This document shows positions 1 through 12,600 of a DNA stretch of 64,000 nucleotides, in pieces. Positions within the stretch are counted from its first letter, which is position 1; every line of letters begins with the position of its first letter. Location of the stretch: the NCBI GenBank assembly GCA_035221665.1, contig CM069143.1, forward strand, positions 55,552,001-55,616,000, written 5' to 3'. A program made the translations under genes and the position numbers. The DNA is from Okamejei kenojei (Eukaryota). The notes under the pieces are model-generated. The model saw nothing but the letters and a program-made list of their open reading frames with translations, was not told the DNA's origin and did not search any database.

Positions 1-671
1 TAGAAAATTATTTCCATGAATTGGACATAGATATTGAGTGGATAAGATACCCATTTAACATCAATCAATCAGTGCCAAAAGGTCTGTCACAAACAGAAAA
101 ACAACTTTTGGAAGTAGCTTCTGAAGGATTCTTAAAAAACAGCTATAAAGAGAACACATTATCTTCATTTTGGTTACAAACACAAAATGAATTTCCAGAA
201 TTGTCAGATAAATCTGTAAAGTTCATTTTTCCATTTCCAAGCTCATACCTGTGTGAAGTTGGATTTTCGGCCCTTTTGGACATTAAGACAAAGAAGAGGA
301 ACCGCATATTAGATGTCGAACCGCAACCGAGGTTGAAATGAACAACTACAGAGGCAAATTTTGCTGAAATATTTTCCGAACAAAAGCAATTACATCCTTC
401 ACATTGATGATAGAAACATAGAAACATAGAAACATAGATAAATTATTTTAATTAAAAATGTATTTAATGGATACTTTATTAATTTTATTCTAGTAATTAT
501 ACATTATATTATAGAAAACTTTTGTTTACATGCTAACCTTAATCCAAAATAAAATTTATGCAATTTTTATCGACTTTTACAATGAAATACGATTGTTTTT
601 AACAAGGGGTACAAGATGCTTATGAAAATTTACTAAGGGGTACACGGGTATCAAAACTTTGCGAATCACTG
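1..671 (+). mobile_element. hAT (Charlie-like) DNA transposon, 3' fragment
   Basis: ORF 21..341 resembles the hAT C-terminal dimerisation region (FWLQTQNEFPELS...PFPSSYLCEVGFSAL...KTKKRNR). Terminal TTTGCGAATCACTG ending at 671 looks like a Charlie TIR and is followed by ATCTAGGG, close to the NTCTAGAN target preference. Confidence 0.75.
410..438 (-). repeat. (TAGAAACA)n short tandem repeat, like CR1 3' tails
   Basis: Three to four 8-mer units. The same motif starts the minus-strand CR1 tails at ~1690 and ~2547. Confidence 0.6.
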
Positions 672-1426
672 ATCTAGGGCAAAAAAGCCTGCTTGCTTTA
701 AACATTAATTTCCTCCCACATCAATGTGTAAGACCTATAAAATATATTGCAGTGATTCACCCAGTAGATCCCAAAGATGTGACCTGTACCATCAACAATT
801 CCAAGGACAGCAGATATGTGGGAACACCACCACCTGCAGGTTCCCCTCCAGGTTGCACTGTCACTGATTTGAAAATGTATTCCTATTTCTTCATCATCAC
901 TGGGTCAAACTCCCAGCACTACCTACCCAACAGCACTGCTGTATCATGACCAGGACTTTTGTAATTTAAAACTGAGTTGACAACTGCCTTCAAGGGTAAT
1001 TGAGGATGGGTTAGACATTCTGGCATTGCCAGTGACAATCATTTCAAAAAATTAACATTTAACTCACAATTTATTAAAATAATCAAAAGCAGACTGTACG
1101 ATGCGAGGGAAAAATAAACAAGAAAGCAGAAAAAAAATGAGAAAGCCCAAGTAAAAATAAAATTGGGACAAGATTGATTCACTGGGTATGAATCTACTTT
1201 TCAGACACATTGGTCTCCCACAGGGAAACGCGTTCAGCCACAAATTTAAAGGTTAAAAGTTACAAAATTATCTTCTATTTAATCAGATTGATCTTTGTAA
1301 TCTTCACTTGAGGAACAAGCATTCCACAATATGATAATTGAGAATTAAAAGTCTACAGTACAGTCTTTCCTTATCTATGCAAATGTAGAGATTTACATAG
1401 AACTCTGGAGGAACATGTTAGTTAAA

Positions 1427-1635
1427 TATGTAGGAAGGAACCAGATGCTGTTTTAAACCGAAGATAGGCACAAAAAGCTGGAGTAACTCTGCAGGTCAGG
1501 CAGCATCTCCAGAGAAAAGGAATAGGTGACGTTTCAGATCAAGACTGGAAGTGGGGTTTTGACCCAACGGTCACCTATTCCTTTTTTCCAGAGATGCTGC
1601 CTTACCCACGGAGTTACTCCAGCTTTTGGTGTCTT
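1427..1635. repeat. Penelope-derived 3' repeat, inverted pair (fold-back)
   Basis: Arm ~1466-1530 (gctggagtaactc...gcagcatctc...ggaataggtgac) is the reverse complement of arm ~1570-1634. Confidence 0.7.
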
Positions 1636-1689
1636 TGTTAGTTAAATAGTATGGCTCACTGTTTTTAGAAAAGTAGTAAACGTATAATG

Positions 1690-2680
1690 TAGAAACATAG
1701 AAAATAGGTGGAGTAGGCCATTCGGCCCTTCGAGCCAGCACCGCCATTCAATATGATCATGGCTGATCGTTACCCCGTTCCTGATTTCTCTCCATATCCC
1801 TTGATTCCGTTAGCCCTGAGCTATATCTAACTCTCTCTAGAATGCATTGAATACATGTACAAAATAGTTTCTTATTGTAGTGAATGTTTTGCAAAATTCA
1901 CTGAAAAATAATAATGTAAAAAATGATATTTTGATCAGTAAATCTTCATTTGAAAATATAGAACTCTTATTGCAAAACTAGCAGAACTGAAAAATTTATT
2001 AGAATTTGGTTCCATATCAATGACGAAAACAATGTTCTATCAATGAAGGAATTCAGAAGGCTGTGGGAGCCAAGTCAATGGATATTTTTTAAGGCAGAGA
2101 TGGATAGATTCTTGATTAGTACGGGTGTCAGAGGTTATGGGGTTGGGAGGAAAAGATAGATCAGTCATGACTGAATGGCAGAGTAGACCTGATGCACCAA
2201 ATGGCTCGTATCACTTATGAAACGAGACAAATGACGATAATTTGCAATTATTCCAGAGAATCTTTACTTTTTCACACCAAGGTTGGTGGGTGCATGGAAC
2301 AAGCTGCCAGAGGAGGTAGTTGAGGCAGGGACTATCCCAACAGTTAAGACAGGTACAGTTGGCTGGTGTGGGCAAGTTGGGCACAAGAGCCTGTTTCCAC
2401 ACTGTAGCACGCTATCAGCCATGATCACAATGAATGGCGGTGCTGGCTTGAAGGGCCGAATGGCCTCCTCCTGCACCTATTTTCTACGTTTCTATGCTAT
2501 GACTAAGCTATTCGTTTTTTTATTGTCTGTGGATTTAGCAATGTTTACATAGAAAATAGGTGCAGGAGTAGGCCCTTCGAGCCAGGTCCGCCATTCAATA
2601 TGATAATGATTGATCATCCAAAATCAGTATCCCGTTCCCTGCTTTATCCCTATAATCCCTTGATTCTATAACTAGATCGC
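1690..2680. mobile_element. Cluster of CR1 LINE 3'-end fragments, both strands
   Basis: Minus tails 'tagaaaataggt..ggagtaggcc..cttcgagcc' at ~1690 and ~2547. Plus fragments at ~2045-2500 include a WNKLPEEVVEAGT reading typical of the CR1 ORF2 C-terminus and the tail 'gggccgaatggcctcctcctgcacctat'. Confidence 0.75.
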
Positions 2681-2739
2681 TAACTGAATGGGAGTCGGTG
2701 GATATCACGGATCCTGTAGGATCTTTGGTGGATATAAGG

Positions 2740-2990
2740 TGTGGAAGTGCCCGCCCGCACTGAGTGAAGGCAGAGCACACGCGAGCCGACCAGCGGCGGC
2801 TGAGAGGCAGCGGCCTGGCCAATAGGATCCCTGCTGCCGAATCCGCCCTTTGTGACGCCGCCGCTCTCCCCCCCATCATCCGACCAATGAACGGGCGAGA
2901 AGGGACCGAGACCAGCAGCAAGTTCGGTTTCCAAAGTTAGGTTGAGGCGAGCGATATTTCCCAGCGTCCTCTGCGCGCGCTCTTCGCGGC
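2740..2990 (+). promoter_or_regulatory. NONO: NONO CpG-island, TATA-less promoter
   Basis: CpG-rich. ETS core GGAAGT 2743-2748; GC boxes CCGCCC 2751-2756 and 2843-2848; CCAAT 2819-2823 and 2884-2888; half-CRE TGACG 2853-2857. Lies directly upstream of the first exons. Confidence 0.75.
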
Positions 2991-3031
2991 TTTCGGTCGT
3001 TCGTCAGAAGCGCAGTGGCCTGAAATCTGAG
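2980..3031 (+). other. NONO: Probable non-coding 5' UTR exon 1 of NONO (start approximate)
   Basis: Donor GAG|GTAAAA at 3031/3032. A strong polypyrimidine tract and CAG acceptor end at 3262, 5 nt before the ATG. The TSS is a guess at the pyrimidine-rich CTCTTC at 2980. Confidence 0.55.
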
Positions 3032-3267
3032 GTAAAAATCAAATTTAACCAAAAACACCCCCCTGGGTCTAACATCCACACCCTTTTGGGTGATCACCGG
3101 GTGCGCGAAAATATTTACAATCTGAAAAAAAAACATCGAAAATTCGACGCCGAGATCAATCGCGCGGGTGGCGGGATTTTTTTTTTTTTGTTTCCGTTAA
3201 ATTTTCAGGCTTGCGTTTTTTTTTTGTCCTTTTCTCTCCCCCCCTCCCTCCTCCACCTCCAGAAATC

Positions 3268-3654
3268 ATGCAGGATCACATTCAGAAATCCGGCGGTCGG
3301 AACCGCTCCGATAACAACAGCCCACGGAAGAGGGATTACCGCCAGGAGCCAGGGTCGGGGCCGGGCGGCGCCGCCAACAACCACCACCACCAGCAGCAGC
3401 AGCAGCAGCAGCAGCAACAGGCCCGACATGGCGACCGGGCCTCCTCCGCCGCCGCCGCCGCCCCCGGCATCACCGTCGACATGACCAATTTCCGCAAGCC
3501 CGGCGAGAAGACCTACACCCAGCGCTGCCGCCTCTTCGTCGGCAACCTGCCCAACGACGTGAGCGACGACGAGTTCAAAAAGATGTTCGAGAAGTATGGG
3601 GAGCCGTCCGAGATATTCATCAACAAGGATAAAGGCTTCGGCTTCATTCGCCTG
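3268..3654 (+). CDS. NONO: NONO coding exon 1 (H/Q-rich N-terminus and first half of RRM1)
   Basis: MQDHIQK...[22 protein letters not shown]...[10 protein letters not shown]. Donor CTG|GTGAGT, phase 0. Confidence 0.95.
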
Positions 3655-6600
3655 GTGAGTGTGTGCGGTCTTTGTTCTCCCGCCCCTCCCCCATCCATCC
3701 ACCCAACCACCATTTCGTGCATGTGAAGCCTCTTTCCCGGCGCGTTTAACCGTTCACGGCATTACACGTTTTGGGTATAATTAAAACGTGTTTTTACCGT
3801 GTTTTTAACACTCGCTTTTCCGCCAGTTAATTTCCAAACGTCTAAAGAAGGAGGGTCACCAATTCCTTCTCTCTATCGATGCTGCCTGTCACGCTGAGTT
3901 ACTCCAACATTTTGTTTCTATCTTGTTCAAGAAGGAACTGCAGATGTTGGAAAATCGAAGGTAGACAAAAGTGCTGGAGAAACTCGGCGGGTTCGGCAGC
4001 ATCGATAGAGCGAAGGAAATAGGCAATGTCTCGGCCCGAAACATTGCCTATTTCGTACTCTCCATAGATACTGCCGCACCCGCTGAGTTTCTCCTGCACT
4101 TTTGTCTACCTTTTGTTTCTATCTAAAGGGTCTGGGGTTGGGATAAGAAGACTTCGTAAGTAGGGGTGGGTTGATTACTCGGACCAAATTAAACGCACAC
4201 ATCTAGCATTTTGTGTATCTTCGGTGTAAACCAGCATCTGCAGTTTATTCCTACATCTGCAAAGGGAACTGGGGACACTGCAGAAGGGAGAAACGGCAAA
4301 TGCTACTTTACCAAAAAGGACACAAAGTGCTGCACTAACTCAACTTCAGGCAGCATCTCTAGATGACATGGATAGGTGACGTTTGGTATCTGGACTGGTC
4401 TGAAGAAGTGTCCTGGCTTGAAAAACATTGCCTATCCAACTGTGCAGCCTGACTTGCTGAGTTACTCTAACACGTTTTTTCCTTTATTTATACACCGAAA
4501 AAGGATCCTGACCCAAATCATCGCCTGTCCATTCCCTGCAGAGATGCTGCCTGACCTGCTGAGTTACTTCAACAATTCGTGTTTGTAAAGGGTACTGGTG
4601 GGATTCGGCTTTAAAATTCTCAGGGAGTGGTGATTTGACCAAGGGCTAAAGACTATTTTGCAATGTTAGTATCCATTTAAAAAAAAAACACATTTCAGGC
4701 AACACTGTGTAATATTTTGTAACTGATAAAAAAAAAAGTGCTAATTAAATTATTTGGATGTATGAATAAGGCAACATCCAGAAGAGTGGGTCCATGCCCG
4801 AATTGTCATTGGTCATATTTCCCTCCACATATATAGCTTAATTTGTTGAGTTCCTCCGGTGGGTGATTTTTGTTCAAACAATATAATCAGTTCTGTTGGC
4901 AGGATGGGGATATTTTCAGATTTGGTAATTGCTTGTTTTTTTCCCAATGTTGGGAGAGTGACCTTTCAATTTCAATAAGGTAGCCCTTGGGATCTTTGTT
5001 CTGCCATTCATCTAAGATTGTGACATCTGCCCGAGTTGAATTTTCACACACCATCTTGAATTTGGTAGCCAAAATTTTAACATAATTTTATCCTTGTAAT
5101 ATCATTGCTGAGGTGACCCGTTGTCTTGTCAAACACATTTCATTGTACCGTTGACCCTGTGTTAACCTACATATGACAAATAAAACTGAACTGAACAATA
5201 TAATCAAGGACCATTTTTTCCCCTTGTAATTCCCCTTTCTCCACTGTCCCATTGGGCAACAGATATAAAAGCCCAAAAGCAGGTACAGGCAGATTCAAGA
5301 ACAACTTCTTCGCTGCAGCTGAACGGTCTTTAGACTTTTAGAGATAAAGTGGGGAAACAGGTCCTTCGGCCCACAGAGTCCACACCGACCCGCAATCATC
5401 CCACGCACAAGCACTCTCCGACACGCAGGACAATTTACCAATTAACCTACAAAACCTGTATGCCTTTGGAGTGTGGGAACGGCTTTTTTTGTTTGACCCG
5501 CCCCTGGGCTGCAGTAGTTTGGTGGGGGTCGGGCTTGTACCAAGGTAAGAACTGGGGTACGAGCCCGACCCCCACCAAACTGCTGCAGCCCTGGGGAAGG
5601 CCGAACATAAGAGCCGTTCCAGCATTTAGCCATTTTGGCAGAAAGATGAATTAATGTCCGACAGTCAGCGACACAGAGGAGTAGTGAACTGCAGACCGGT
5701 CCGAAGTTTGGGAGCCGGGCAGCGAGCTTGATGGGGGAAGAAACCGAAGGGCCGTCTGTTCTCGGCTTCGGATCTCATGGCCCCCCTCCCCCCCCCGTTA
5801 GTGAGGCTCTTTAACGGGGCAGAGAGAAAATGAGGAGAAGATTTTCACCAAAGATCTTTGATTTTTATGAGGATGTGTCTGTAACCGACTTTCGTCTCCT
5901 TACTAGTATTCAAAGATTGCTATAGGATCTTTGCAAGTATCTTTGCTCAGCTATGGCGGACATAGATGGCGGAGACGGAAGCTGGTTACGGAAATGGGGC
6001 CGAAGATTACCCATGAATTTGCCCACGACCCTACTACGTCTTTTTCGTCGAGTGGGCTATCTTGCTTGCTATAGGATCTTTGCCGTAGATTGCCAGGGTA
6101 AAAAATTCATCGCCTTCTAAGTGAAGAAATGTGGTAGTATTTTATTGCTAAATGGTTCGGGTCTCCTCACTTGAAATATTCACCCTGTCAAGCCCCATGA
6201 GAATTTCATAGTTTTCAATGAGGTCACCTTTCATTTTTACAAACTAGAGAACACGGGTTTAGAATGCTCAATCTCTTCATCCTGCAAACCGGCCATTCCA
6301 GGAATCTTCCTTAAGGCAAGTATAAACATTTTTATGTAAGGATATCAGAATAGTACACAGTACTCCAGGTGTGGTCTTGCTGAGGCTCTTAATTACAGCG
6401 GGGTTGCCTTTAATCCAGTTCTCAAACCTCCTGTAATAAAGGTCATCATAACTTTTCCTTCTGATTGCTCACTGCTTACTTGTTAACAATGTGATTTAAT
6501 TTTTGATTTTCACACAATAGCTCTGATGAACAACTCACTTGGTCTAATCACTATCACTACATTAATGAATGTTATTTTATTTTTTTTATCCACATTGCGG

Positions 6601-9600
6601 ATACGCATTGTGAATAAATAGGACGTGAGCATTGATCCCCGTGGTACCAATCCACTTACAGCCAACCAACTTGAGAAAGAATTGTTGAGTCTCGTTATTT
6701 CAGAAAGAACAATGCGAATCAACAATTCTCACTTTTCAATCCAATTTCATGACCCGGAACGTCACCCATTCCTTCGCTCCATAGACGCTGCCTCACCCGC
6801 TAAGTTTCTCCAGCTTTTTGTCCACCTTCGATTTTTCCAGCATCGGCAGTTCTTTCTTAAACTTTTCAATCCTTATCAGTATATAACCTCAATTCCATGC
6901 ATTCTAATCTTGGCCAATCTGCGTGGAATTTACTTTTTGAAAACAATCTGAAAATCGAAATATATCACATCCTCTGGATCCGCTTTACCATTTCTACAAG
7001 GCCATTTGAATGGATTACAATAGATTAATGAAGCATGATTTCCATTCCAGAAATCAATATTCCGTCCTAGTCGTTCCTATTTATTACTGTGAGGGGGGGA
7101 CGGGGAAAGGGGGGAGAGAGTGGGGGGTGAGGGGGGTTAGAGCGGGGGAAGGGGGGAGAGGAGGGGTGGGGGGGAAGAGAAGGAGCTGGGCGAGTGAGTG
7201 GGCTGCAAAAAGCAGAGATAGCCTGGGGAGACTGAGAGAGTACACGGCACGACTCTCAGGAAATTCGGAGCGGTTGGCAGCGGGAGGAGGAGCAGGATAG
7301 GAGCGGTTAGGGGGAGGGGCGTGACTTCACTCGCTGCGCCGGGGGAGAGAGAGTACAAGGCCCGACTATCTGGAAACCCGGAGTGGGTAGCGTGGGGGGG
7401 GGGGTGGAGGCGCGGCTAGCCGCGGGAAAGAGGGGGCGGGTGGGGGGCAGTGACGTCACTCGCTGTGCAGGCAGCGAGGAGAAAGTTCTTCAAAAGACCG
7501 TGACCTCGGGATCTGCAGAACTTGTTCTTTCTGCGCCTTTTGAAAAACGGGGTGGGGTGTTGGTGGTGTAACTCGTGGAAAATAGTGCGCCTGCTTTTGA
7601 CCGCAGCTGCCACAATCCAGAGCCGGGGGCGGGGCCACGAGGCAGGTGGGCCACGAGCAAAGGCATTGTGACGTCATCAGCTGGCCAGCGGTTAGATTTA
7701 AAAAAAAAGTCAGATTTGAAAACAATTTTAGTGAAAAACTCGGGAAATGATTAGTCAAATTTACAGATGATGAGATTTTTGAAATCATGAGGTAAATCTC
7801 TACCGGAATATGTAACACTTTCTTGGACCTCATTTGCTGGTTTAAAAGGTTTCCCAAATTTAGACGTTGCTATTTTGGGAAACTTTATAACCCCTCCTTT
7901 GATTTTTGTACATTCTTCCACGTTAAGTGCTATCTGATCAAGTATGTAAAGATCGACGCAAAAAGTTAGAGTAACGCAGTGGGACAGGCAGCATCTCTGG
8001 AGAGAAGGAATGGGTGAAGTTTCGGGTCGAGACCCTTCTCACATTAACCTTTTTGAATGATGTATAATACCTATTCTCCGTTTTCTAGTTTGAAGAAGCT
8101 CTTTGCTTAAATCAGCATTCTTTAAGGGTTTCTCGATGCCCATTGCATTTTGGGCTTTTTCCCTTTGCACAAATCACTGGTATATTGTGTGAAATCTGAT
8201 GGGTCCTTGTTACCTAACTTGAGCTTCAAAGTAACATTAGCACATTTGCAGATGACACAAAGCTGGGTGGCAGTGTGAACTGTGAGGAAGATGCTATGAG
8301 AATGCAGGGTGACTTGGACAGGTTGGGTGAGTAGCAGAAATATGTATATAATTATGAGGGATATAAATAGGATAGAGACAAAATGTTGGAGTAACTCAGT
8401 GGGACAGGCAGCATCTCTGGAGAGGAATAGGTGATGTCGAGACCCTTCTGAGATTCTTTTTTCCAAGGATAGCAAGCAGTGTCTAAAAGTAGAGGTCCAT
8501 GTTTTAGGTGAGAGGCGAGGAAAGGAGATTTAGGGGGTACTATTCTCACCTAAAAGGTGGTGGTTTCAGAATCAAGCAACCAGAACAGTTGATAAAGATA
8601 ACACAATTATAATATTTAAGTTATTTGGACAGATACTTTGGCCGGAAAATTGATCAAATGCACTGAAATAGTATTGGTATACAGTGCCCTCCGTTGTACA
8701 ATTTTTATAAAAATTGTCTTTAATAAAATCTGACAATGTGCACTTTAACCACATGTGATTTATTTTGTATTACAAATCGCTAATTGTGGAGTACAGAGGC
8801 AAGTAAATAAATGATGGGTCTTTGTCGCAAACATTATGGAGGGCACTGTAGATAGGTGTTACGGTTAGCATGGACGAGGGAGGCTGAAAGGGCCCGTGTA
8901 AGTGTTGTAAAATTTTATGATTCGATAAGTAGGGACTCCCTAGTTCCAGGTTCCCCTGCAAGAGAAAACACCACATTCCCCAGTCTAGATCCCTCAGGAT
9001 ATAAAGTCATAAGGAATAGGAGTAGATCTAAGGCCATTCAGCCCATCAAGTCTACTCTGCCGTTCAATCATGGCTGGTCTATCTCTCCCTCTTATCCCCA
9101 TTCTCCTGCCTTCTCCCCATAACCTGTGACACCTGTTATGTACATGCTTAAATGGTAGATAGACACAGAAACCTGGAATAATTCATCTTTGGAGTAAAGG
9201 AATAGGTGACGTTTCGAGTCAAGACCCCCTCCCCCCCCATCGGATTCAACCAAGTCACTCAAATCAAGTACCTTCACGCTCGTTCAGGGGACACCAGACT
9301 AGCCTGTCCAACTTTCCTCATAAACAGCTCACCCTTTTCCAAATTAGTTTTAAGGCAAATTTAACAGATAAACTGACACCTCTGTGACTTTGTGAATCTC
9401 AATATAGCAATTAACAACATTTTCACATCAACAAAAGGTATGTGGAGCAACAGCTATTGCTGCATGTAAATATCAAAGATGAGAGGGCATGGTGGAGAAC
9501 ACACTTGGCATTTCTTCTTGTGCGTTCATTAGGGTTGCTTCAACACATGAACATCTTGGCCTGGATTTTTCAGTTTAGTCAGCTGCTTGTGATTGTTACA

Positions 9601-12600
9601 GATTAATCTACTCCTACATTAAAGAGGCTTTTTCACAATGAAGACTTCAATAGGACCTACCACGCATAGATGCCATCCCTCTCGGCGTGGTGAGAAGCCG
9701 GGCATAATCTTGCCCACAAAATTGCTGATAAAACCATTGACAACTGATTAACAGACGCAAGGAACTGCAGATAATAGTTCACAAATAAAGGCAGCATCTC
9801 TGGAGGACATGGCCTGATTAGCACGTAACAAAAGCTTTTCCCTGTACCTTTGTACACATGACAATAAAATAAAACTGAACTGAACATAAGTGAGATTTTG
9901 TGTTAGAACCCATATTCAGGGTGGCGTGTGGAGAAAGCAGGAACAGATGTTGGGTGGGACAAAGCCAGGCAAGTAATGGAGCTGTAGATACAAGGAGCAG
10001 ATGCTAGTTTACAAATAAAGACAATGTGCAGTCGGTCAGGCAACCTCTCGGGAATGTGGGATAGGTGACATTTCGGGTCGGAAGAAGGGTCCAAGCGCAA
10101 AATGTCATCCATCCATGTTCTCCAGTGATGCAACCTGACCTACTACGTTATTCCTGTGCACTATCTTTATTTTAAACTAACTCTTTGGTCTTTGAGAGTA
10201 AGATAAATCAATCTTTATGTAGACCAATCATCCTGATGTGAATGTATCTTGTGGGAATGACGTGTGTTCTTCCCCATGCTCTATGGAAATTGTAACTCGT
10301 GGTTGTAACCAGTGTGTGAACAATTTATTTTTATTAGCTCATTTTGTGGCCACTTATTGTTCTACAGGCATACTATGATTGTCAAGAAGTGCATTGAGTC
10401 TAACATTTGACTTAAAAAAAAGTCTTCATCAATTACGCAAGCATTGGTCTTAAATTCCCTAAACTAGGGCGTGTACATTTAAGTGCAGTTTTACAGATTT
10501 TTTTTGGCCCAATCATGTCAAAACATTGTTTTTGTTGCAAATTTTCAACGAGTGGTTCTTGATGGTGATTACTGATTAGAGCGTGTGTCAGTTTTCAATG
10601 ACCTGCTATCCCTATTCCTGCTCTGTAGGCTCTGCCCTTCCCCCTACATTACGGATTGGTTGTGTTCCTAAGAAGTGGTGCACACCACAGATTTTCATTA
10701 CACAAAGCCATATATACTTATTCCATATAAATTATTATTTTTTTATTTTATTTTATTTTTTTTTAAATATTTTTTTATTAGAAGTAAATACATAATATTC
10801 CATATAAATTCTGATGGAATAAATGTTATTCTGTATCACAAATTTTTAGGAAATGATTTGTGATTTCTGCATTACAGAATTTCCATTGCCCAAACAGCTG
10901 CATTGCAGTCGCCTGTATAGATCTTTTGAGGAACTTAAATTCTCTATGCAAACTGTAAGATTAGGAGTAATAATGGAAAAAAAACGAGTTGTGAATTTAA
11001 AATTAAAAGAAACTGCTCAAAATATTCAGGATAGACAAAAATGCTGGAGAAACTCAGCGGGGGAGGCAGCATCTATGGAGCAAAGAAATAAGTGAAGTTT
11101 TGGGTCAAGACCATTCTTCTGGCTGATGTGGGGGTGGTAGGAAGAAAGGAAGAGGCTGAGACAGTAGGCTGTGGAGGGGAAGGAGGGAGAAAGCAAGGAA
11201 TAACTGAAATTGGAGAAGTCAGTGTACATACCGCTGGCCATTGCTCACCTGCTGAGTACTCCAGCATTTTTGTTCTTCAATTTTTCCAGCATCTGCAGTT
11301 CTTTCTTAAGCAAAATATTCAGGGGGTCAGACTGCATCTACTGGAAGAGAGATGGGGCTAACATTTGTATACCGTCCATAAGGGTGAAAATGGAACAATG
11401 AAATTCTTACAAGCTTATTAACTTTTGTGAAACCTAGTCAATGTGTTCTGGATAGCTGCTTTATTTCTCCTTTCTGACTAAATTTACTCTTTTCCATACT
11501 GATAGAATCCTGTCTCAATTTGGTATGTTGAAAAAATTAAAATAGATGCTTGAACTTTTTCACTTGCCATTTATAAAAGGTTTTAGGATGCAGTTTTTGA
11601 GGCCCTGTTGGCCTAAAGGTTCCACAACCTGCTCAGTAACACTTCGCAATGATTTTAATGTTCCTGAGTTCATCTCTTGTGTGCAATTCCCTATTTAATT
11701 TTTTTCTGGGATATTGCTTGTATTTTCTATAGTAAAGATCGACAATACTTGTTTGATTCTTCTGCCACAATCTCGTTTTCCCTTCATTTCTTGGAATCCG
11801 TTTTGATAGGGCCATTGCACACTTTGTTAACTATTTTTGAAATTATCTCTTAAAACTCTTACACAAAGAGATATTTATCTTGGGTGCAGATCTAAAATTG
11901 CTAAAGATCTATTCTACCATGGTTAATTTCCTACCTTCAAATATTTGAGAATTTATATTTTTTCCTGTTTCCCATGATCATCTATGTGGGAGGAACTTTG
12001 TGCAAGATTGAAGAACTGGCTAATTTCATGATCAAGGGTTAAGGGCTTCTAATTTTACCTGAACAGGTAGGTATTGGGCCAGGTGTCAATAAGTTTTTTT
12101 CTTTCTATTTTTCCATTCCTTTTCAAGTTGAGTTTCCAGCATTTTTCTACCTGAAATGTCCAGAATTATGTTTATTTCATTGAAGACTGAAAATTAATTC
12201 CTGCTTATTTGGATTGCAGGAAACCAGAACCTTGGCAGAAATAGCGAAAGCAGAACTTGATGATACTACACTGAGAGGGAGGCAGATAAGGATTCGATTT
12301 GCAACACATGGTGCTGCTCTCACAGTCAAGAATCTTCCTCAGTTTGTATCGAATGAGTTATTGGATGAAGCATTTTCTATCTTCGGACCAGTGGAAAGAG
12401 CAGTGGTGATTGTGGATGACCGTGGAAAACCAACTGGAAAAGGCATTGTAGAGTTTGCGGCAAAACCTGCTGCGCGCAAAGCTCTGGACAGATGCACAGA
12501 TGGTGCATTTTTGCTGACAGCGTAAGTATTGAACATCAAATGTTCTGGTCTGTTGAGGTGGGGTTGAGTTTCAAGCAGGAATTGCATTCTCTATTTAACT

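Noticed and set aside
3205-3702. 165-aa minus-strand ORF and overlapping ORFs 2942..3484 and 2595..2921
   Set aside because: Shadow frames of the GC-rich NONO exon and CpG island. Their low-complexity runs mirror the CAG/GCC repeats.
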